Assembly (NCBI GenBank): GCA_963718385.1 | Contig: CAVQZE010000007.1 | Location: 42,455-106,454 of the forward strand | Reading direction: 5' to 3' | Length of the DNA stretch: 64,000 nucleotides | Origin: an uncultured Actinomycetes bacterium | GTDB taxonomy: Bacteria > Actinomycetota > Thermoleophilia > Gaiellales > Gaiellaceae | In this document: piece after piece, positions 54,338 through 63,860 of the stretch | How the letters are laid out: each line of letters opens with the position of its first letter | How positions within the stretch are numbered: the first letter of the stretch is position 1 | Position numbers and translations under genes: made by a program | The notes under the pieces: model-generated | What the model was told of the DNA's origin: nothing | What the model saw: the letters and a program-made list of their open reading frames with translations, nothing else | The model's database searches: none

Positions 54338-55746
54338 ACCGGCGCCGGAGACTCCGCGAGCCACGCGGTCGTGCGGCGACGGAGCACGTCCTCGTCCGTG
54401 ACCGCCCACTCGTGCTCGCGCGCGTACGCGTCCTGCGCGCGGAGGTCGGGGCGGCCCGCAACGAGCGGTTCCAGCAGCGACGGGTCGTCCGCCGCCGGAG
54501 CGAGAACGTCGACGGCGAGCGAGCCGTAGAGGTGCAGCAGGTGGTTCCGCGTCGTCCGGTCGAGCTCGACGGGCCAGGCGATCCGCTCGAGGCCTGTCGC
54601 GCCCGGCAGCGGCCGAGGCTTCGTCGAAAGGCCGCGCACGCCGAGCTCGTCCAGCGCCTCGAGCGCGATCTGCCGGTACGTCGTCAGCTTGCCGCCGGCG
54701 ACACTGACCATTCCCGTCGGCCCGGTGGAGTAGACGGTCTCGCGCTTCGCGCTCGCGGTCGCGCCGTCGCCGCCGGGAAGGACGCGGAGACCGCAGAACG
54801 TCGCGAGCACCGGCCCGATCCCGTCGACCGCGACAGCCGCCTCGTCGAGCACCTGGCGCACCTCGTCGTCCGTGACGTGCGCGGTCTCGGGCTCGCCGTC
54901 GAAGAGCGTGTCCGTCGTGCCGAGCAGCAGCTTGCCCTCCCACGGCACGGCGAACGTCACCCGCACCTTGTCGTGCGAGATCGTGAGCGCCGCGTCCCAC
55001 GCGCCGGCGGTGTCGACGACAGCGTGGACGCCCTTGCTGAGCCGAACCGACGGCTTCGCACGCGGATCCTCGAGCCGGCGCACGTGATCGACCCACGGCC
55101 CCGTCGCGTTGATCACACCGCCGGCGCGGACGACGACCGTCTGTCCGTCGACGACGATCTCCGCCTCGCCCGGACGCAACGCGACGACCTCGGCGTAGTT
55201 GAGAACCGTCGCGCCCGACTCGGCCGCGCCGCGGATGTTCGCGAGCGTCAGCCGCCCGTCGTTCGTCCACGCGTCGGTGTAGAACGCGCACGACCGCAGG
55301 CCTTCGCTGCGCAGCTGCGGCACCATCCGCCGCGCGCGCTCGACGCCGACGAGGCCGTTCAGCCGCGCGCGCGCCAGCGTCGAGTACACCGCGATCCCGC
55401 TCTGCACGAACCACGGCCGATACGGGCCGTCCTCGTAGAGCGGGAACAGGAACGGCAGCACGCGCACGAGATGCGGCGCGACGAGGTTCATCAGGATCCG
55501 CCGCTCGCGGTGCGCCTCCTTGACGAGCCCGATGTCGCCGAGGCGGAGATAGCGGAGACCGCCGTGGATCAGCTTCGACGACGCACTCGACGTCGCGCCG
55601 CCGAAGTCGCCCTTGTCGACGAGCGCGACCGAGAGCCCGTGGGCCGACGCCGCCTCGGCGATCCCGGCGCCGACGATGCCGCCGCCGATCACGAGCAGGT
55701 CGAACCGTCGCGCGCCGAGCTGCTCGACCGCCGCTACGCGATCCAC
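54334..55746 (-). CDS. glpD: FAD-dependent glycerol-3-phosphate dehydrogenase/oxidase
   Basis: From GTG 55746 in ORF 54334..56268. Contains DLLVIGGGIVGAGIA, SSKLIHGGLRYL and GGKLTTYR motifs. It overlaps the upstream PHP gene by 13 nt. Confidence 0.9.
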   Translation of the reverse strand: MDRVAAVEQLGARRFDLLVIGGGIVGAGIAEAASAHGLSVALVDKGDFGGATSSASSKLIHGGLRYLRLGDIGLVKEAHRERRILMNLVAPHLVRVLPFLFPLYEDGPYRPWFVQSGIAVYSTLARARLNGLVGVERARRMVPQLRSEGLRSCAFYTDAWTNDGRLTLANIRGAAESGATVLNYAEVVALRPGEAEIVVDGQTVVVRAGGVINATGPWVDHVRRLEDPRAKPSVRLSKGVHAVVDTAGAWDAALTISHDKVRVTFAVPWEGKLLLGTTDTLFDGEPETAHVTDDEVRQVLDEAAVAVDGIGPVLATFCGLRVLPGGDGATASAKRETVYSTGPTGMVSVAGGKLTTYRQIALEALDELGVRGLSTKPRPLPGATGLERIAWPVELDRTTRNHLLHLYGSLAVDVLAPAADDPSLLEPLVAGRPDLRAQDAYAREHEWAVTDEDVLRRRTTAWLAESPAPV

Positions 55747-56651
55747 AGCGGATTCGTCCAGGCGCGGCGACCGTCGGCATCGGCGACCTCGACGCGGCCG
55801 TAGCGCTGGTTCCACGGCCGCTCGAGCCGGCAGGCGGTGATCAGCCCCGCAGCGTCGCGCTCGAGGATCTGGGAGTTGTGGGGATAGCCGAGCCGGCCGG
55901 CGTTGGCGCGCGCGCCGCGCATCCGGCTGGCGAAGAGCGTGACGCTCGCCGCCGGGCTGCAGCGCACCACGACGTCGTCGTCGGCCACGTCGACCGAGAA
56001 CAGCTCCGGCCCGGTCGAGCCGTAGAACGCACCCGTCCGGAGCGCGTCGAGCACCGCCTCCTGCGACTTCTCGGCCGCGCGCACCATCGTCCAGGCGAAG
56101 CCGCTGTCGTAGCCGGGATAGTGCGAGTCGTCGGCCGCGATCCCGAACAGCAGCCGGCCCTTCTCGAGCGCCTCGTCCCAGTGGATCCCCGAGTCGCCGC
56201 GGCCGAGCTCGACCTCGCAGCTCGAGTTCCAGACCTCCAGCCCGACGAGGCCCTCGCACTCCTCCCACTGCTCCGTGCGGAGCCCGCTCCAGTACGTGTG
56301 CGCGATGTACGGGACGCCGCCGTTCGCGGCGATCCAGTCGACGACCTCCTGGAGCGGCGCGAACTCGCCCTCCGGAATCACCGGGTCGGCGGCGATCCCG
56401 AACGCGAGGACGTGGGTGTCGTGCTCAGGCCCGCCGCAGGTCGCATTCAGCTCCGCAGACGGGATGACCAGGAGCTTCCGGGTCGAGCGCTCCTCGGTCC
56501 GGACCCAGTGGTCGGTGATCGCCAGGACGTCGTAGCCGGCCCACTCGTAGTGCTTGGCCAACAACTCCGGGGCCAATTGGCCGTCTGAGTTGGTTGTATG
56601 GGCGTGCAAGGCACACCTGAGCCAGACGCCGTCGGCCTCGAACGGGGTCAC
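55734..56651 (-). CDS. PHP-domain (CehA/McbA-like) metallophosphoesterase
   Basis: Intact 305-aa ORF with LHAHTTNSDG and AITDH His-rich PHP motifs. Confidence 0.8.
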   Translation of the reverse strand: MTPFEADGVWLRCALHAHTTNSDGQLAPELLAKHYEWAGYDVLAITDHWVRTEERSTRKLLVIPSAELNATCGGPEHDTHVLAFGIAADPVIPEGEFAPLQEVVDWIAANGGVPYIAHTYWSGLRTEQWEECEGLVGLEVWNSSCEVELGRGDSGIHWDEALEKGRLLFGIAADDSHYPGYDSGFAWTMVRAAEKSQEAVLDALRTGAFYGSTGPELFSVDVADDDVVVRCSPAASVTLFASRMRGARANAGRLGYPHNSQILERDAAGLITACRLERPWNQRYGRVEVADADGRRAWTNPLWIA

Positions 56652-56833
56652 GAGCCGAGCCTACAGCTAAGGAGATCTGGTGAACGTCAGGTAACAGCCC
56701 TGCCATCCCCATTGAAGCGAGGCGCCAGACGTGCTTCGCTTACCACTCGTTCACATTCTCTTTCAGGGAGGGGTTGATGGAGGACTACGAAGAGCAAGAG
56801 GTCGAGTTCTGGCGCAAGCTGGAGGAAGAGGAC

Positions 56834-57976
56834 ATGAGTCGCTCGGCGATGCTGAAGCGGAGCATCGCTGCTGCTGCGGGTCTGACCGTGTTCTCGAGTG
56901 CCGGTGCGGCACTCGCGTCGGGACGGAAGGTCTCTGAACTCGCTGCGGCACCGCCGCTCAAGGGCACCGCCGCGAACATGAGCTCGCTCATTGCGGCTGC
57001 AAAGAAGGAAGGCAAGCTCAACGTCATCGCCCTCCCGCCCGACTGGGCGAACTACGGCGCAATCATCTCGGCCTTCTCGAAGAAGTACGGGATCCCGATC
57101 ACGAGCGACAACCCCGACGGCAGCTCGGCTCAGGAGAACCAGGCGATTGTCTCGCTCAAGGGTGATCCCCGTGCTCCCGACGTGGTCGACGTCGGCCCGT
57201 CCTACGCGGTCGCCGGCGCCACCCAGGGCCTCTATTCGAAGTACTTCAACAGCAACTACGGAACGATTCCGCGGGCAATGAAGGACACGCGCGGCTACTG
57301 GATGGGCGATTACTGGGGCTCGATCACGATCGGCTACAACGCCAACCTCGTGAGCACCCCGCCCAAGTCGTTCGCCGACCTGTTGAAGTCGGACTACAAG
57401 AACAAGGTCGCACTGAACGGCAGCCCGCTCACGTCGAACTCGGCGATCGCGGGCGTGTTCGCCGCCGCGCTCGCAAACGGCGGCTCGCTCAGCAACGTCG
57501 GCCCCGGCGTCGACTGGTTCGCGAAGGCGAAGTCGGTCGGCAACTTCATCCCGGTGCAGACGACCCCGCAGACGGTCGCGTCCGGCCAGACGCCGATCTC
57601 GATCGACTGGGACTACAACAACTTCGCGTACGTGAAGCAGTTCCCGTCCGCGAACTGGAAGGTCGTCCTCCCGACCGACGGCCAGTACGGCGGCTACTAC
57701 TGCCAGGCGGTCAACTCGACCGCCCCGCACCCGAACGCCGCACGGCTGTGGGAGGAGTTCATCTACTCCAACCAGGGTCAGATCCTCTACCTGCAGGGCT
57801 ACGCGCATCCGGCCCGCTTCGCGGATCTGATCGCGAAGAAGTCGATCCCGAAGTCCGTGTCCTCGGCGTTCCCGGCGAGCTGGCTCGCCGCGAAGCCGAA
57901 GTTCGCGAGCCTCGGGCAGATCAATGCGGGTGCCGCGCTGATCAAGCAGCAGTGGCCGTCGAAGGTCGGCGGCTGA
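56834..57976 (+). CDS. ABC transporter periplasmic substrate-binding protein (family 1, PotD/FbpA-like)
   Basis: Start ATG 56834 (GGAGGA upstream), with signal MSRSAMLKRSIAAAAGLTVFSSAGAALA. The track ORF begins at 56774 with an implausible acidic extension. Confidence 0.85.
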   Translation: MSRSAMLKRSIAAAAGLTVFSSAGAALASGRKVSELAAAPPLKGTAANMSSLIAAAKKEGKLNVIALPPDWANYGAIISAFSKKYGIPITSDNPDGSSAQENQAIVSLKGDPRAPDVVDVGPSYAVAGATQGLYSKYFNSNYGTIPRAMKDTRGYWMGDYWGSITIGYNANLVSTPPKSFADLLKSDYKNKVALNGSPLTSNSAIAGVFAAALANGGSLSNVGPGVDWFAKAKSVGNFIPVQTTPQTVASGQTPISIDWDYNNFAYVKQFPSANWKVVLPTDGQYGGYYCQAVNSTAPHPNAARLWEEFIYSNQGQILYLQGYAHPARFADLIAKKSIPKSVSSAFPASWLAAKPKFASLGQINAGAALIKQQWPSKVGG

Positions 57977-58896
57977 TCGCCGAGCTGGCGGCAACCGACG
58001 CAGTAACTCAGAGTGCGCTCCGGCCGGGCCCCAAGCCCGGCCGGCGGCGCCGCTCATTCGCGTGGCTGGGCGTCGTCCCGTTCTTCGCCTACGCCTGCAT
58101 GTTCCTGATCTTCCCGGCGGCGGTCGTGATGATCGGCGCGTTCAAGAGCGATCACGGCGGCTACACGACGAGCAACGTCCTGGACATCATCCGGACCGCG
58201 AATCTCCGCCAGTCGTTCTGGGCGAGCATCAAGCTCAGCGGAATCACGGCGATCGGCGGCGGACTATTCGGACTGCTGATTGCCTACGCAGCGATCCGCA
58301 AAGGCACGCCGGGGTGGGTTCGCTCCGCGTTCGGCACGTTCTCCGGCGTGGCGGCCAACTTCGGCGGCATTCCGCTCGCCTTCGCGTTCATCGCGACGAT
58401 CGGGACGATCGGGATCATCACCCAGCTGATCCAGAACGTCTTCGGGGTCAACATCTACGAGCACGGCTTCGCGATCTGGTCGCCGCGCGGCGTCGAGATC
58501 GTCTACCTCTACTTCCAGATCCCGCTGATGATCCTCGTGATCGCGCCGGCGATCGACGGCCTGCGCGCCGAGTGGAGCGAGGCGTCCTCGAACCTCGGCG
58601 CGAGCCGCTGGCAGTACTGGCGTCACATCGGCATCCCGGTGCTGATGCCGTCGATCCTCGGCGCGGTCGTTCTCCTCTTCGGGAACGCGTTCGCCGCCTA
58701 CGCCACGGCCTACGCGCTCACGAGCGGGACGGGCCTGCCGCTCGTGCCGATCGTGATCGGCGCCGACCTCTCGGGCAACGTCCTCTCGAACCCGCACGAG
58801 GGCCAGGCGCTCGCGTTCGGAATGTTCGTCGTCCTCGCGGCGATCATGATCTTCTACATCCCGCTGCAGCGTCGCGCGTCTCGGTGGGCGAAGTGA
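57952..58896 (+). CDS. ABC transporter permease
   Basis: In ORF 57748..58896. The first in-frame start after the SBP region is GTG 57952. About 6 TM spans and the EAA-like loop EASSNLGASRWQYWRHIGIP. Confidence 0.8.
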   Translation: MAVEGRRLIAELAATDAVTQSALRPGPKPGRRRRSFAWLGVVPFFAYACMFLIFPAAVVMIGAFKSDHGGYTTSNVLDIIRTANLRQSFWASIKLSGITAIGGGLFGLLIAYAAIRKGTPGWVRSAFGTFSGVAANFGGIPLAFAFIATIGTIGIITQLIQNVFGVNIYEHGFAIWSPRGVEIVYLYFQIPLMILVIAPAIDGLRAEWSEASSNLGASRWQYWRHIGIPVLMPSILGAVVLLFGNAFAAYATAYALTSGTGLPLVPIVIGADLSGNVLSNPHEGQALAFGMFVVLAAIMIFYIPLQRRASRWAK

Positions 58897-59702
58897 ACAA
58901 GCAGCGGATCGCGCCGTCGGCTCTCCTGTGGCTCGTGCTCGGCGCGCTGTACTTCCTGACCCCGCTGTTCGCGACGTTCCTCTTCAGCCTGCGCGGTCTG
59001 CAGACCGGAAAGTGCTGCAGCCTCTCGTCGTACGGGTTCATCATCCACGACCCGCAGTTCTGGTCGACGATCAAGCTCTCGTTCCGGCTCGCGCTCGAGA
59101 CGATCGTGATCGGGCTGCTGCTGTTCGTGCCGACGATCTACTGGGTGCATCTGAAGCTGCCGCGCCTGCGGCCGCTGATCGGCTTCATGGCGCTCGTGCC
59201 GTTCGTGATCCCGCCGATCATCCTCGTCGTCGGCCTGCTCAAGTTCTACAAGGACACGCTGCACGCGCCGTTCTGGTTCCTCGGCAAGCCCGACCTGTTC
59301 CTCGTCGGCGCGTACGTGATCCTCGCGTTCCCGTACATCTACTTCTCGCTCGACGCCGGCTTCCGCTCGATCGACGTCCACACGCTGACGGAGGCGTCGC
59401 AGAACCTCGGTGCGAGCTGGCGCACGACGCTCGGACGTGTGATCCTTCCCAACATCCGTGTTGCGGCCCTCAGCGGAGCTTTTCTCACGCTCGCCATCGT
59501 GATGGGCGAGTTCACGATCGCCAGCCTCGCCCAGTTCCACACCTTCCCGACCTACCTCCAGCAGATCAACCAGGACGAGGCGTACCCGGCCGCTGCCGCG
59601 ACGCTGCTGAGCTTCGGGATCACCTGGCTCGCCATGCTGTCGATCCTGCTCATCGGCCGGCGCGGCGGGCAGCGGACCGTGCGCGTCGGGGTCGGTCGCT
59701 GA
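58893..59702 (+). CDS. ABC transporter permease
   Basis: GTG overlaps the previous stop (GTGA). EAA-like loop EASQNLGASWRTTLGRVILP. About 6 TM spans. Confidence 0.85.
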   Translation: MNKQRIAPSALLWLVLGALYFLTPLFATFLFSLRGLQTGKCCSLSSYGFIIHDPQFWSTIKLSFRLALETIVIGLLLFVPTIYWVHLKLPRLRPLIGFMALVPFVIPPIILVVGLLKFYKDTLHAPFWFLGKPDLFLVGAYVILAFPYIYFSLDAGFRSIDVHTLTEASQNLGASWRTTLGRVILPNIRVAALSGAFLTLAIVMGEFTIASLAQFHTFPTYLQQINQDEAYPAAAATLLSFGITWLAMLSILLIGRRGGQRTVRVGVGR

Positions 59703-60811
59703 TGGACGCGCACGTCGAGCTGCGGGAGTTGTGGCGCTCTTTCGGCCCGGTCACGGCGCTGCAGGGGATCAACCTCTCGCTCGAGACGGGAGAGTTCGTC
59801 TCGCTGCTCGGTCCGAGCGGCTGCGGCAAGACGACGGCGCTCCGCCTCGTCGCCGGATTCGACCAGCCGGACTCGGGCCAGATCCTCGTCGACGGCAAAG
59901 ACCTCACGCGCACGCCTCCGAACAAGCGCGACATGGGCATGGTCTTCCAGGCCTACAGCCTCTTCCCGAACATGACCGCCGAGCAGAACGTCGAGTACGG
60001 GCTGCGGATCCGGAAGAAGCCGAAGGCGGACCGCCGCACGCGGATCGGCGAGCTGCTCGAGCTGGTCGGGCTCGGACACGCCGGCAAGCGCTATCCGCAT
60101 CAGCTCTCGGGCGGCATGCAGCAGCGCGTCGCGCTGGCGCGCGCGCTCGCGATCGAGCCGAGCGTGCTGCTGCTCGACGAGCCGCTCTCCGCGCTCGACG
60201 CGAAGGTGCGCGTGCAGCTGCGCGAGGAGATCCGCCGGATTCAGCTCGAGCTCGGGATCACGACGATCTACGTCACGCACGATCAGGAGGAGGCGCTCGC
60301 CGTCTCCGACCGGGTCGCGGTGATGTACGGCGGAAAGATCGAGCAGGTCGGGTCTCCGGCAGAGATGTACGGGAGCCCGGCGACGCCGTTCGTCGCGGAG
60401 TTCATCGGGACGATGAACCGGCTCGTCTCCGCCGTCGCGGACGACGGCTACGTCGAGTACGCCGGCAGCCGCCTGCGCGTGCACGCGGCCGACGGCCTGC
60501 CGCGCGGCGAGCGCGTGCTTCTGCTCGTACGCCCCGAGACCGTGGAGCTCACGCCGGCGACGAACGGAGAGACGCCGGACGGCGCTGTCGCCGGCGAGGT
60601 CGTCTCGCACATCTTCCTCGGCTCCGTGACCCGGGTCCGGATCGAGGATCCGAGCGGCGACAACGGACTGACGGCGGACATCTCGCCGGTGCAGGCGGCC
60701 GGGCTCACGATCGGCACGCATGTGACCGCGACCTTCCCGCCGGAGGGCGCGCGGCTGCTCAGCCTGGCCGACCAGCCAGAGTCGTACGGGCCCGATCCGG
60801 ATAGTCAGTAA
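59702..60811 (+). CDS. ABC transporter ATP-binding protein (PotA/FbpC-like, with C-terminal TOBE-like domain)
   Basis: Walker A GPSGCGKTT, Q-loop, signature LSGGMQQRVALARAL, Walker B LLLDEPLSALD. ATG overlaps the previous stop. Confidence 0.92.
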   Translation: MDAHVELRELWRSFGPVTALQGINLSLETGEFVSLLGPSGCGKTTALRLVAGFDQPDSGQILVDGKDLTRTPPNKRDMGMVFQAYSLFPNMTAEQNVEYGLRIRKKPKADRRTRIGELLELVGLGHAGKRYPHQLSGGMQQRVALARALAIEPSVLLLDEPLSALDAKVRVQLREEIRRIQLELGITTIYVTHDQEEALAVSDRVAVMYGGKIEQVGSPAEMYGSPATPFVAEFIGTMNRLVSAVADDGYVEYAGSRLRVHAADGLPRGERVLLLVRPETVELTPATNGETPDGAVAGEVVSHIFLGSVTRVRIEDPSGDNGLTADISPVQAAGLTIGTHVTATFPPEGARLLSLADQPESYGPDPDSQ

Positions 60812-61367
60812 AGACGCCGGTCGCGCCGAGCGCGGCCAGCTCGAGCATGCGCGCCGGTTCGTTCACGGTGTAGACGAGCGCCTCGAGCCCGAGCGCGCGG
60901 GCGGCGGCGATTCCGCGGGCGGTGACGCGGCCGTTCGCAAAGCCGGCCGCCCAGGCGTCGCGCGCGCCGCGGATCGACGTGCCGAGGCCGACGTGCTGCA
61001 CGGTGCGCAGGCCAGGCCGCAGCGCGCGCGCTTCGTCGAGCGGCGGGCGCTGGAAGCACACGAGCGCGTCGTCGGCGCCGAGCAGACGCACGGTTCGCGC
61101 GACGACGTCGAAGCGGCGGTAGCGGCGCGGCGTCTTCAGCTCGACCATGACGGGGATGCGGCCGCGGCAGAGGTCGAGCGCCTCCTCCAGCGTCGGATAC
61201 GCCGCGCCGCGCGTCGGCGGGTCGTGCGTGACGACGAGCCGGCCGTCGCGGTCGGCGCGCACGTCGAGCTCGATCGCGTCGGCGCGCAACCCGATCGCGC
61301 GCTCGAACGCGGGCAGCGTGTTCTCCGGCAGCTCGGCCGACGCGCCGCGGTGCGCGATGATCAGCAA
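60759..61367 (-). CDS. glycerophosphodiester phosphodiesterase family protein
   Basis: LLIIAHRGASAELPENTLPAFERAIGLRADAIELDVR motif block. Probable TTG start at 61367, overlapping the amidase stop. The rest of track ORF 60759..61766 is shadow. Confidence 0.8.
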   Translation of the reverse strand: MLIIAHRGASAELPENTLPAFERAIGLRADAIELDVRADRDGRLVVTHDPPTRGAAYPTLEEALDLCRGRIPVMVELKTPRRYRRFDVVARTVRLLGADDALVCFQRPPLDEARALRPGLRTVQHVGLGTSIRGARDAWAAGFANGRVTARGIAAARALGLEALVYTVNEPARMLELAALGATGVFTDYPDRARTTLAGRPG

Positions 61368-62035
61368 CGGCTCGGCCGCGGAACGAATGTCGGGCCGACC
61401 TTCAGCCCGTCGCTGCGCGCGAGCGCGGCGAGCTTTGCGCGGTAGACGACCATGTCCGCGTGCTGCCAGTCGCCGTGCGTCTGGCAGCGCCACGGCGCGT
61501 AGAGCTCCTTGTGCAGCGGGCTCGTCAGGCTCTCGTTGTGGCCGATCACGTTCTTCAGCGGGATCTTGTACTTCCACATCAGCCATGCCGTGAGCGCGAG
61601 CGACGACCGCATCTGCGCCGCGTCGCCGAGCACCTGCGCGTCGGAGGTGCCGACGTGCTCGATCCCGATCGCGGCCCAGTTCAGCCCGACGGTGTGGCGG
61701 CAGATCACATTCGTGCGGACGAGCTGGTAGATCGTTCCGTCGGTGTCGATGACGAAGTGCGCGCACGTTCCGGGCAGCTCGTGCAGCTCGGAGTCGGGCA
61801 CGTCGGCGGCGAAGCCGTTCCAGACGGAGCTGAACGTCGACGTCGCGGTCACGTGCTCGACGATTGCCTGCGGATGGAGCACGTACGAGTCGGTGCCGTA
61901 GTGCTTCTTCGCGTACGCCGCGGTCTCTGCGAGGCGCTTTGCGCCGAACGGAATCGGCTTCCAGACGATGTGCGGCTTCGGCGGCGCGGTGGTGCCGCCG
62001 GCCAGCGCGAGCGCGGCAAAGAGGGCGGCGAGCAT
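61361..62035 (-). CDS. N-acetylmuramoyl-L-alanine amidase (Amidase_2/PGRP fold), exported
   Basis: From MLAALFAALALAGG at ATG 62035 in ORF 61361..62626. Contains AHFVIDTDGTIYQLV and NWAAIGIEHVG motifs. Confidence 0.85.
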   Translation of the reverse strand: MLAALFAALALAGGTTAPPKPHIVWKPIPFGAKRLAETAAYAKKHYGTDSYVLHPQAIVEHVTATSTFSSVWNGFAADVPDSELHELPGTCAHFVIDTDGTIYQLVRTNVICRHTVGLNWAAIGIEHVGTSDAQVLGDAAQMRSSLALTAWLMWKYKIPLKNVIGHNESLTSPLHKELYAPWRCQTHGDWQHADMVVYRAKLAALARSDGLKVGPTFVPRPSRC

Positions 62036-62039
62036 CGCG

Positions 62040-62645
62040 TCACCGTAGCCGCAGCCGGTGCAGGGCCATCGTCCCTTCCGTCTCGGTTGCGACGTCCCAG
62101 CGCACCGCCGCGCGCTCGACGAAGCCCTTCGCGAACGGGCGGCCGGGATCCGCGAGCAGCACGTCGGCGCCGAGCCGCGGCAGCAAGTCGAGCAGCTGGT
62201 CCGCGTTTCGGCGCTCGTAGAGGAGATCCGCGCCGAGCACGAGCGACCACGGCGCCGCGCGCAGCAGCGACTCCGGCTCGTCCCAGCGGACGGACTCCGC
62301 GCGGAGCGCGATCCCGTTCCGCTCCGCGTTGCGCCGCAGGAGCTCGACTGCGTCGTCGGCCCAGTCGGTTGCGAGGACGTCCGCACCGCCGAGCGCCGCC
62401 GCGAGCGACGGCAGCCCGAGGCCGGCGCCGAGCTCGAGCACGCGTGCGCCGCGCACGTCGAGTGCCGTGACCGCCCGCGCGAGCGCGAGCCCGCTCGGCC
62501 AGAGCTCGGCCCAGTACGGCAGGAACTCGTCGTCGTCGAAGGCGTCCTCGTCAATGAGCGCGTCCGCGCTCGGCGGCCGGAGCAGCGAGAGCTGCCGGCC
62601 TGCGAGGTCGATCTGCTCGTCGACAAACGCCGAATCCACGGTCAC
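62040..62645 (-). CDS. class I SAM-dependent methyltransferase (Methyltransf_16-like)
   Basis: Intact 201-aa ORF with the SAM-binding motif VLELGAGLGLPSL and an acidic N-terminal region. Confidence 0.8.
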   Translation of the reverse strand: MTVDSAFVDEQIDLAGRQLSLLRPPSADALIDEDAFDDDEFLPYWAELWPSGLALARAVTALDVRGARVLELGAGLGLPSLAAALGGADVLATDWADDAVELLRRNAERNGIALRAESVRWDEPESLLRAAPWSLVLGADLLYERRNADQLLDLLPRLGADVLLADPGRPFAKGFVERAAVRWDVATETEGTMALHRLRLR

Positions 62646-62653
62646 TACGTACC

Positions 62654-63796
62654 ATGAGTCGCATGGAACCCGACGTTGCGCTCGTCCTCTCCGGCGGCGC
62701 CGTCAACGGCGTCTTGCTGGAGCTCGGCTTTCTCAAGCGGTTGCGCGAGAGCGCGATCTGGCCGCGCATCGGCTGGATCTACGGCACCTCGGCCGGCGCG
62801 CTCTGCGGGATGATGGCGGCGCTCGACCGGCTTGACGAGCTCGAGGAGTTCATGCTCGGGCTGCAGCCGAACGACGTGTTCCGGCCGCACTCGCTCTGGC
62901 GCCTGCCGCTGCTCGGCACGCACGACTACCGGCTGCCGGAGACGATCGACGAGCGGGTCGGCAATCTCGTCGAGATGTCGCGCGAGCTCGCGAAGGCGCC
63001 GATCGAGCTCGTCGTCTGCGCGACCGACGTGACCGGCGAGGAGCACGACGCGGGAGCGCGCGCGTACGAGCTCGCGTACTCCGCGCGCACGACGCCGCCG
63101 GAGATCTTCGCGCAGGCCGTGCTCGCGTCGGCGGCGATCAGCGCGCTCGTGCTGCCGCGGCCGATCGGCGAGAAGATCGCAACCGACGGCGCGTGGGTGC
63201 GGAACTTCCCGCTCGGCTACGCGTATGACCAGCCAGGCGTCGAGCTGATCGTGAGCTTCCGCTACCTGCCGAGCTATCCGCGCTTCTCCTCGGACGGGCT
63301 CTCGCGCCTGCGCCGCCGGCTCGAACGATTTCCGAAGCTGCCGCCGGTGCGCGCGCTGATCGACGAGCTGCGCGAGGCGGAGGAGCGCGACGCGCGCGGT
63401 GAGCCGGCGCACTGGGGCGACATGATCGTCCGCCTGATGCGCGTCGCGGTCCAGCAGAACACGATCCTCGAGGAGCGGGCCGCGGTCGAGAAGGACCAGG
63501 CGATCGCCGCACTCGCTGCGCTGCGCGAGGACGTCGCAGCGATCGTGAAGCGCGAGGGCGGACGCCGCGGCACGCGTGTCGCCGCCGCCGTCGACGAGCG
63601 CTTCGCGGCTGCGCGATTCCCGTTCGGCACCGACCGGCTCGTCCCGCGCATCGCGGTGTCGGCCGGCCCGGGCACGGTCAGCCTCGAAGCCGGGCTGCGC
63701 AACCCGAAGCCGTGGAGCGACGACGCAAAGCGCGAGCTGATCGCGCGCGGCTATGAGCTGCTCGACGCGGAACTGCGCGAGCGGGCGGTTGCATGA
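62654..63796 (+). CDS. patatin-like phospholipase family protein
   Basis: Oxyanion motif LSGGAVNG, nucleophile elbow GTSAGA, and a downstream TDGAW (DGA/G) motif. Confidence 0.85.
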   Translation: MSRMEPDVALVLSGGAVNGVLLELGFLKRLRESAIWPRIGWIYGTSAGALCGMMAALDRLDELEEFMLGLQPNDVFRPHSLWRLPLLGTHDYRLPETIDERVGNLVEMSRELAKAPIELVVCATDVTGEEHDAGARAYELAYSARTTPPEIFAQAVLASAAISALVLPRPIGEKIATDGAWVRNFPLGYAYDQPGVELIVSFRYLPSYPRFSSDGLSRLRRRLERFPKLPPVRALIDELREAEERDARGEPAHWGDMIVRLMRVAVQQNTILEERAAVEKDQAIAALAALREDVAAIVKREGGRRGTRVAAAVDERFAAARFPFGTDRLVPRIAVSAGPGTVSLEAGLRNPKPWSDDAKRELIARGYELLDAELRERAVA

Positions 63797-63860
63797 GCGT
63801 AGGCTCGACGGAGCTCAACAAGGAGCGGAGGTGCCGGCTTTGCCGGCGCCGGGAGCGGGC

